From: Chrysomallon squamiferum
Lineage: Eukaryota > Animalia > Mollusca
DNA length: 64,000 nucleotides
NCBI GenBank assembly: GCA_012295275.1
Contig: CM022665.1
Location: 1,798,001 to 1,862,000 of the forward strand
Direction of reading: 5' to 3'
A program made the position numbers and the translations under genes. The notes under the pieces were generated by a model that saw only the letters and a list, made by a program, of their open reading frames with translations, was not told the origin of the DNA and did not search any database. Shown here piece after piece: positions 57,801 to 64,000 of this stretch. Positions within the stretch are counted from its first letter, which is position 1. Each line of letters begins with the position of its first letter.

Positions 57801-60308
57801 AATGCCTTCAATGACAGTTTTTCCAAAAAGTCTCAGCAAAATCTACTTACAAGATCACTTCGCTTACCTCTAGTTTCTCAACGCTTGTCTCTGGATAGTG
57901 AAAAGCTTCAGAAAGCTAAACTGACAAACTGGTGCAGCTCAGAAAAACTGACTAAAGGTTCGACATGTGATGTCTCAAACCTTTGTGAGGATCCTTGGGT
58001 GAAAAATGTTGATGTTGCTGCTGATAACAAAGGGTCTTCTGTGAACATGAACAGCAGGTCTAGACATTCATCAGACCTTGGTGAAATAAGACCAAGAGAG
58101 AATATAGACTGGATGGTCTATGTTAATCGTAATTCTCTGAATGAGAATCCTGAACAGTTGAAATATTTTTCCAAGCACTGGACACTGCCAAGAATCTCAA
58201 GCTCATCTTCAACAGCAGAAAGCAAGAATAACCAACCAGGTAGTCCTCCCATTACCAAGAAACAATTTGATGTAAAACTGTCTGAAACAAAAGCAGTTGA
58301 AAGTCCTGTGGTGCTGAATTTATTTCCTGTTTCTCAGTCCAGTAGTATTTCATCAGTTTCAGTTCCACCAATAGTTGTGTCCAACCCATCTTTGCCATCA
58401 TCTCCAAAATACTGTCACAACCACCACCATCACCACCAGCATCATCATCACTACCACAGATTGGGAAAACCATATCTCTCAAGGTCTAACTCAACACCAT
58501 TGTCAAAGTCAAGAGCAGACTTTCTTAACATGACAGATAAAAATCGTCCATCATCCTTGGATTGTGATGCAATGGACAGTGACAAGATGGTGGCAGAAAT
58601 GGAAGATTATATGAAGAATTCATCATCAGAATTTTCATTCTCCAACAAGTTTCCAAAGGACTTACCACCTCTTAACTATGATGAGATCAACAGATCCAAA
58701 CGTTTGTCATGTGCTTCATCAGTTTCCACATCTTCTTATGACAGTCACTCTAGCAGTTCAACTGAAGGTCTCATGGACACCCTGAAACAGAAGATTCACA
58801 ACTGGACATCTAAAATTGCCAAGAGAATGGATGACAGTGATCACAATTCAAGTATTTCAGATCTCCACCCATCTTCTCTGGTGATGACAGATGATGAAAA
58901 ATGGGATGATGAGAAAACTAAATGTTCTTCTGAAGAGAAAGGAGTATCAAAGCTAGAGAAACAACTGCAAGAGGATGCAGAGTTGCAGATATTTTTACGA
59001 CAGCGAGGACTTGGTGGAGGGACTATTGGCTCTCGAATGGCTCATGCTATAGCTGAAGACAGCAAAGATTTGTCAAACCAGACGAGTTATTCTCACAGTG
59101 AATGTTTGTTGAGGGGAGACAATGATTCAGTGTCATCATATGAACTCTCTAGTAAAGAAAGTACACCAGAACCTCAGTCTACACTTTCGCTACCAGTTTC
59201 TACATCAGCAGTTTCTCCTGTTTCAATATCAGCAGCATCATCAGATATCCAACAGTCTGACTCAGGATTTTCCATGCAAAGTGATGCAACAGATTCATGT
59301 TCAGCAGAAACAGTTTCTTCAAAAGAAATTCTGACAGAGAATGAAAAATGTGCTTCTGATGACAAACCAAAGGAAAATTCAGCTGACCTCTGTGAAAGCA
59401 AGGTAGAAGAAAACAAAGGTGAAAATTCCTCCAAGGACAAAACACTAACTTCTAATTCTTCTTTTGATTCTGTTGACAGTTTTTATGAACGCCGTCTTTC
59501 AGTGGCTTTTGATGCTGATGTATTTAATGACACACCACATCCAGCTGACAAAGAACTGAAAACTTCTGCACCATCTCCAAGAAAGCCTATAACCTCTATT
59601 CGAGACTTTGTGCAGCTTCTAGAAGAACGCAGCAAACCAAAGATTCCACAGACTGTAGAAGTGAAAAAGCGACAACCAGGATGTATGATAAAACAGAGAC
59701 TTCAGAACCTCCAAGAAGCCTCCCAGTATAAAAGAGGAAGTCGCCCAACTAGTGAAGAAAGAGAAATTTTGCCTCCAAAATCTATAAAAGACATGCAGGC
59801 AGCTTTGGTGCATGAAACGAAACAAGCCAAACAGAACTCAGCTTTTGGAACTCTTCACTGTGGGACACTGAATCCAAATCCAGCAGTAACTAATTTTGTT
59901 TCAGGTACACTAAACAACTCAGTCTCTGTAAGCAATGCAGCATCTCAAAACACAACAGCTGGAGTAGTTTCTCATTCCAGTATGTCTTCTCAACGCATCC
60001 ACAGTACACCTAGTTACATTGGTTCTACACGTACTAATCTGGGTGTTGGCAGTTCACTCAGTGGGTCCAATACTTCCATTAATTCCAGCTGTTCCAGCAG
60101 TTTCAATCTATTTGGAAACAACCAGTTCATGCCAAACTACCAGCGGGCAGAGTCTGATCATGGTTTTGATACACAAGCTATGTACAGTGAACTGCAGCCA
60201 GCAAGGTCTCTAGGCCGACTAGATCAGCTCAGTACTGAGGTAGAAAATCTTGTTATAATGAAAGGCTGGGTGAGGTCTCTCATCAGCAAATTCCAGAATG
60301 AAGGATGA
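36371..60308 (+). CDS. PLEKHG1: Spliced gene model: PLEKHG1/2/3-like DH-PH Rho guanine nucleotide exchange factor, ~1791 aa; join(36371..36557,42459..43309,50714..50814,51519..51635,53060..53210,53608..53808,54182..54298,54630..54725,55015..55144,55515..55619,56039..56085,56431..56448,56741..56809,57123..60308)
   Basis: All introns are GT..AG and manual splicing keeps one open frame. DH motifs ([64 protein letters not shown]) are followed by [19 protein letters not shown] and a PH domain ([39 protein letters not shown]), which match the PLEKHG1/2/3 subfamily. The symbol is family-level; probably a co-orthologue of vertebrate PLEKHG1-3. Confidence 0.9.
36597..36790. repeat. Compound (AAT/AAC)n trinucleotide repeat
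   Basis: Read directly; starts ~40 nt downstream of the 36557 donor. Confidence 0.95.
41584..41652. repeat. (GA)n microsatellite
   Basis: Read directly. Confidence 0.98.
42459..43309 (+). CDS. PLEKHG1: Common exon: Ser-rich disordered N-terminal region and start of the DH domain
   Basis: Acceptor tcttctattttag|GA; ORF 42485..43324 in the track. Ends [25 protein letters not shown]|gtaatg (DH conserved region 1). Confidence 0.92.
50295..50415 (+). mobile_element. Decayed SINE-like fragment
   Basis: cccactgggctattttatattccagtcag..atcaaagacatg..ttcctgtccacagcagatgcacata; collinear with the other copies. Confidence 0.45.
50714..50814 (+). CDS. PLEKHG1: DH domain exon ([34 protein letters not shown])
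   Basis: tttttcag|GGA ... AG|gtaatt; phase 0 to 2; contains the LFSNI DH motif. Confidence 0.92.
51474..51509. repeat. (ATT)n microsatellite abutting a splice acceptor
   Basis: Read directly. Confidence 0.95.
51519..51635 (+). CDS. PLEKHG1: DH domain exon ([39 protein letters not shown])
   Basis: AAG acceptor after a (TTA)n tract; donor AG|gtacca; phase 2 to 2; YCTNYP motif. Confidence 0.9.
51920..52135 (-). mobile_element. Decayed SINE-like copy
   Basis: gaggaaacctgct..gcatataccagtttctttgataaattag..ggttggattgggaaata; collinear with the copy at 11880-12115. Confidence 0.45.
53060..53210 (+). CDS. PLEKHG1: DH domain exon (AVEVLTRF...[22 protein letters not shown])
   Basis: Branch-point-like tactaat at 53042, acceptor ttacag, donor CAG|gttagc; DH conserved region 3. 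Confidence 0.95.
53608..53808 (+). CDS. PLEKHG1: End of DH domain and DH-PH linker (NILKFF...[20 protein letters not shown]...GELVLE)
   Basis: ctctctgttag|AAT ... GAG|gttggt; 67 codons; PLEKHG-family signature. Confidence 0.95.
54182..54298 (+). CDS. PLEKHG1: PH domain exon ([39 protein letters not shown])
   Basis: acttcag|GGT ... CAG|gtaagt; 39 codons. Confidence 0.93.
54630..54725 (+). CDS. PLEKHG1: PH domain exon ([32 protein letters not shown])
   Basis: tttttgcag|ATG ... CAG|gtgagg; 32 codons. Confidence 0.93.
55015..55144 (+). CDS. PLEKHG1: PH C-terminal helix exon ([43 protein letters not shown])
   Basis: tttcttgaaag|GCT ... G|gtaagt; includes the invariant PH Trp. Confidence 0.93.
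55515..55619 (+). CDS. PLEKHG1: Post-PH exon ([35 protein letters not shown])
   Basis: tttttatacag|AT ... CAG|gtattt; phase 1 to 1. Confidence 0.85.
55630..55885. repeat. Degenerate pentanucleotide satellite (CTGTA/CTATT)n
   Basis: 5-nt periodicity ctgta ctgta ctata ttgta ... just inside the intron. Confidence 0.85.
56039..56085 (+). CDS. PLEKHG1: 47-nt exon ([16 protein letters not shown])
   Basis: ttttatttcag|AC ... AAA|gtaagt; needed to convert phase 1 to phase 0. Confidence 0.85.
56431..56448 (+). CDS. PLEKHG1: 18-nt microexon (PEDKSP)
   Basis: ttttgtttttgttttcag|CCTGAGGATAAGAGCCCA|gtatgt; phase 0 to 0. Confidence 0.7.
56741..56809 (+). CDS. PLEKHG1: 69-nt exon ([23 protein letters not shown])
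   Basis: ttatttacag|GAT ... AAG|gtttgt; phase 0 to 0. Confidence 0.82.
57123..60308 (+). CDS. PLEKHG1: Terminal coding exon, 1061 aa Ser-rich, predicted disordered tail ending ...[15 protein letters not shown]
   Basis: Acceptor cttttgtttcag|GCT; uninterrupted ORF 57108..60308 in the track. Confidence 0.92.
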   Translation, partial: AKSETSISSTSERVLNETVEKELSPVKQTVQTKSKSQTHPSLATTDDINLRPNKSQQDQAAENIRRARSFRKATRMRPVNSQDLTDLSNKFNITQNNGVCSDSESDLDDPNLTKDGLKEYSDYVFDSRSDVSDDERIDTQAEAEIDQYCSLPVLPHQRIVLPSPEIHLSTVQNQESKSDENILQQNKSNSPVSWRNQKQVLSDSDVTNLIEKRLNSSNLTPDNKKVNAFNDSFSKKSQQNLLTRSLRLPLVSQRLSLDSEKLQKAKLTNWCSSEKLTKGSTCDVSNLCEDPWVKNVDVAADNKGSSVNMNSRSRHSSDLGEIRPRENIDWMVYVNRNSLNENPEQLKYFSKHWTLPRISSSSSTAESKNNQPGSPPITKKQFDVKLSETKAVESPVVLNLFPVSQSSSISSVSVPPIVVSNPSLPSSPKYCHNHHHHHQHHHHYHRLGKPYLSRSNSTPLSKSRADFLNMTDKNRPSSLDCDAMDSDKMVAEMEDYMKNSSSEFSFSNKFPKDLPPLNYDEINRSKRLSCASSVSTSSYDSHSSSSTEGLMDTLKQKIHNWTSKIAKRMDDSDHNSSISDLHPSSLVMTDDEKWDDEKTKCSSEEKGVSKLEKQLQEDAELQIFLRQRGLGGGTIGSRMAHAIAEDSKDLSNQTSYSHSECLLRGDNDSVSSYELSSKESTPEPQSTLSLPVSTSAVSPVSISAASSDIQQSDSGFSMQSDATDSCSAETVSSKEILTENEKCASDDKPKENSADLCESKVEENKGENSSKDKTLTSNSSFDSVDSFYERRLSVAFDADVFNDTPHPADKELKTSAPSPRKPITSIRDFVQLLEERSKPKIPQTVEVKKRQPGCMIKQRLQNLQEASQYKRGSRPTSEEREILPPKSIKDMQAALVHETKQAKQNSAFGTLHCGTLNPNPAVTNFVSGTLNNSVSVSNAASQNTTAGVVSHSSMSSQRIHSTPSYIGSTRTNLGVGSSLSGSNTSINSSCSSSFNLFGNNQFMPNYQRAESDHGFDTQAMYSELQPARSLGRLDQLSTEVENLVIMKGWVRSLISKFQNEG

Positions 60309-61720
60309 TTTTTTTTAGGTCAATATTTTAAAGAAAATTATTTTTGATAAGACATGTGGATTATGTGACAAAAATCTTTCCAAGCAAGTTATATGTTTGA
60401 AAAGGAATGTGCATGTGGAAAATGACTAAGATTTTTAACCACCATTTTTGTGGCACAATGTTTTAGATTCTGTTCCTATGATGTTAATAAGGGAGTATAT
60501 TTATACAGAATCATGTAGCCTGTTTTACTGGATACACTGAATCATGTTGTGTGTCCAGACAACTTGTGCTGACTTCAAATTTTGCAATTCAGTCCATGGA
60601 ATTGTGTGGACCAAATAAACTGTTGCCATTGGCTTCGTTTCATTGAAGCAATTGTATCTTGTAATGAGAAGTACATAAATGTTTATATCACAATGAAATG
60701 TAGACATGTAACTATTAATTCTTGTGAAATAAAACTGATTATATATTATATATATATTCAGTTTCTGAGAAGCATTTTACATGCTTTTATTTAATCAAGC
60801 CAGTATGCGTAATGCCAAAATTATATTCACCTGTTAGGAGAGAGCTGACATCAATACACTTTTTTTTTCCTCCTTTTTTCACTATTTAAATATCAAGAAA
60901 TGAATATCAATGACATTGCTAATAATTAATGAAAATTGTATTTATTAATTATTTCCAATATTTTCATTTTGTACATTTGTTTTTTAGCACTGAACACCCA
61001 TTGTTTACATGAAGCAACAGGAGATTACACAGAAACTGATAGTATTGACACCTTTTACACAAAGAATTTAAAAGAAATGAAAATCACAAATGTTACAAGA
61101 AAATTACACTAACAATACAGCAGTGACACACTTCACTCACTGAGTGGTTAGTGACGTCAGCATTTTTAAAAACAACAAAATACAAATTAAAAAACCCAGT
61201 TACTATTTCACTGTAAAATTATTGCTATAAAAGGTTCAGATGAAAGTTTGATGAAAATGTTTATAAAATTTTATATATATATATATATATATTATATATA
61301 AAATTCTAAAAGAAAATTGTTATTTATTGATTTATTTATTGTTTATGAATATACTGATGGAATTTAGGAATTTCAACAATTATTTATTGTTGTTTGTAAG
61401 TTATCCTAAATGGGACTGTTCTTTAAAAATTGTTAAAAATAGTGTGGTTTTATTTTTGGCATATGTTAGTGGTATCTGTAAATAATTTATTGGATTTACG
61501 AAATTTCTTATATTAATACTGACTTTGCTGCAAATTCATTTGTAATCATTTTTGTCTGTATCTGTGTTAATAAAAGATATATCTGTATTGCCTTTTTTAT
61601 GAAGATGTTTGTACAAAAATAAGACTTTAATACTCAGATGTTTGTCATATAGTGATGTACTTCATATTGAAGGTTTAAATGGTTTTCCATTTTGCTTTTG
61701 TCATACTTGTAATAAAAAAT
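60309..61720 (+). other. Probable 3' UTR with candidate poly(A) signals AATAAA at 60728, 61569 and 61711
   Basis: Follows the stop codon; hexamers read directly. The actual cleavage site cannot be determined in such AT-rich DNA. Confidence 0.5.
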
Positions 61721-63526
61721 AAAAAAATAAAAAAGTGTTATCAAAATCATTCAGAGAAGAGTGAAACCATTAGAAGTTTTTACTTTTGACTTTAAAAAAA
61801 TAAATAAATAAAAAGAAAAAAGAATGTTTGATCAATCAGCTTAAGTATTAAAAACATTTTTAAAACTAAAAACATCCCAAATAAATGCAACCTTTAAGAA
61901 AAAATCCAACTTTGTGTAATTTATAATGTTGAATTAATTTCAGATTTATTTGTAATTAAAATTATGAATTTTCATCTAATTGCAGAATTTTCAGTCAGAA
62001 ATTATTTCCAAAATCTCAAAAAAACAACAACAAAAGAACAAAATAAACAAAGAATTTAACATTTTTAGATAAAATATAATATCTTTCTACAATTTAAAAA
62101 TTCTTTACAAAACATAAAGATTAACATTAAAAATAATTACATAAATGACATGTAATGTTAAGATCTTAATACGAATAATATATAATGACATTAATAATAT
62201 CTTTAAAAATAATAAAAATGAAAAATATGACTACAGTAAAACATATTTTTATTGAAAACTTGATAATGTGCAAGATTAACATATTTTTTTACTAACAAGA
62301 CAGTGTATATTAGGAACAAAACGTGGAACTGAAATTAATGTTATTGCATTATTTGAGGTTTAAAAAGGTATAATTTTTAACAGTATGTACACAGAGATAC
62401 CAGTTATTTTGTTGTGTGTTTTCCTGACATGTTACATTCTGAGACTGGTGCCAGACGGTGGACTGACAAGCAACAAGCCATATTCTTCCAAACAGTGTGA
62501 AAAGTCTTTTTGCCTGATAACCATTTTATATACAGTATGCTTAGCATTAAAATAATATTCAGTCACTGACTTACAATAATGTTTAATAAAATATTGGAAC
62601 TGAAAGGGAATGTTTGGTGTTTTTGTTTTTCATTTATGTTTACAAAACATAAAAATGTGAGAATAAAAAAATCATTCTTGTTATTTTATAACTAAATAAT
62701 TTATCTTGTATACTGATAATTATAATGCTGATAAACACTGTGTGTTTGTGTGTAAAATGTATATCAAAACATTTACAGAAATGTAGAAAAAAAACTTGAT
62801 TATCACTGAAAAGTGTATTTATTCACAATAAACACTTTTTTTGTTTTTTTTTCAGAAAAAGGAAGGAAAAAAAGAGAAACATGAACAGGATAAATGTTTT
62901 AATGAAGTTCTCAATGCTACTGCATTTATACAAAATCAACCATACCGTAATATATCAAACTCAATGACAATGATGAAAATAATTTTTACAAATTACATTA
63001 AAATTGCCACCTGCCCCATACAACAGTTTAGTAAATTCAATATTACTTTCCAGCAATTCTAGCTGGAGTTTATGATACTATTTATTTATTTTTCAAAACT
63101 GTTTTAGAAACAACAATAGATCTTTACTGTGTTCCATCTGACATTTACTTTTGTGAGCCATGTGATTTGTTAAAAATGCTATTGTTTTCACATCAAAAGT
63201 TTTACATAAAACAAATGATTTAGGCCTTCTACTATTAATTATTTTCCAGCAACCTTTTTGAAAAAAACAAATATATATATATATATATAACTGTATTGAC
63301 AAATTTAAATGATCTGTCTTCAATGTAAGTTTTATTTGACTATATCCAGAGTCAAAGCTTAAACCATTTAGTTAAAGTGGATCTTGATCTATGTCGCTGT
63401 TAATACAAAATAATTCTGGTTACAAACAATTCTGTTAGTAGTTATATAATTCTAAAAAATAATAAAAATTTAAAAACAAATATGTGTGTGTGTGTGTGTG
63501 TATACATACATACATACATACATATA

Positions 63527-63761
63527 TGGTGGAAACTGGCAAAATTGGTCCCTGGTTATCCAGCCATGTTTTTTGGTCCTGAATTTATGTGATACATAAT
63601 GTGTATGAAAACCTTAATAAACTGAATCCTCTATATTTCAGATACTAGACCAGTTTTCATCCCCAAAGGCTTCAGTTATTGGTTAATTACCCATTCAGAC
63701 CTCATTCAAATAGGACATTTTTTAAGGTACCATGGTGATCTGATTTTGCCAGTTTCCACTG
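63527..63761. mobile_element. MITE with terminal inverted repeats, Tc1/mariner (pogo/Tigger)-like
   Basis: GTGGAAACTGGCAAAAT (63529-63545) and its exact reverse complement (63743-63759). The right end reads CAGTGG on the minus strand, TA precedes the left end, and there is no coding capacity. Confidence 0.7.
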
Positions 63762-64000
63762 TGTGTGTGTGTGTGTGTGTGTGTGTATACACACACACAC
63801 ACACACATTCACACACATGTATGTATATGAATATATACACACACAAACTAATAATGCTAATAAAAATAAACATCATGGGATATAGTATGCAGCATCTTGG
63901 CAGTTAACACAATGGTTTTACAATTTGCTGTTCTTATATGCATGTAAGAAAATATTTTGTTACCACTAAAAAAAAAATTAAAAAATCATTGTAAAATGTT

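Noticed and set aside
57641-59825. Antisense and alternate-frame ORFs within the terminal exon
   Set aside because: Short shadows of the real coding frame with no independent signals.
57108-60308. 1066-aa ORF as an independent intronless gene or transposon ORF
   Set aside because: It starts at TTG inside a splice acceptor, has no RT or transposase motifs, and is in frame with the upstream DH-PH exons.
61152-61159. Perfect CRE palindrome TGACGTCA
   Set aside because: A single 8-mer in the 3' UTR region; about one is expected by chance in a window this size.

Overview
Eukaryotic (not prokaryotic) genomic DNA: very AT-rich, CpG-poor and rich in microsatellites. It is most consistent with an invertebrate, probably a mollusc (inference from remembered SINE motifs). 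The window is dominated by one large plus-strand spliced gene encoding a Dbl-family RhoGEF (DH-PH) of the PLEKHG1/PLEKHG2/PLEKHG3 group (fly GEFmeso, worm UIG-1). I reconstructed 13 contiguous phase-compatible GT-AG exons from 42459 to the stop at 60308. They include an 18-nt microexon (56431-56448) and a 3.2-kb terminal coding exon. Three separate upstream exons (13861-13951, 15251-15311, 36371-36557) all end in phase 1 and can each splice in frame onto the common acceptor at 42459, suggesting alternative promoters and N-termini. The isoform starting at 36371 would be about 1791 aa. The rest is intron or flank containing decayed SINE copies, a Tc1/mariner-pogo-type MITE, a 29-bp minisatellite, a perfect 21-bp hairpin and many simple repeats. 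Nearly all other ORFs in the track are microsatellite or low-complexity artefacts. I found no CRISPR array, RNA gene or evidence for a wholly new multi-gene system; the interesting biology here is in the isoform architecture of this gene.
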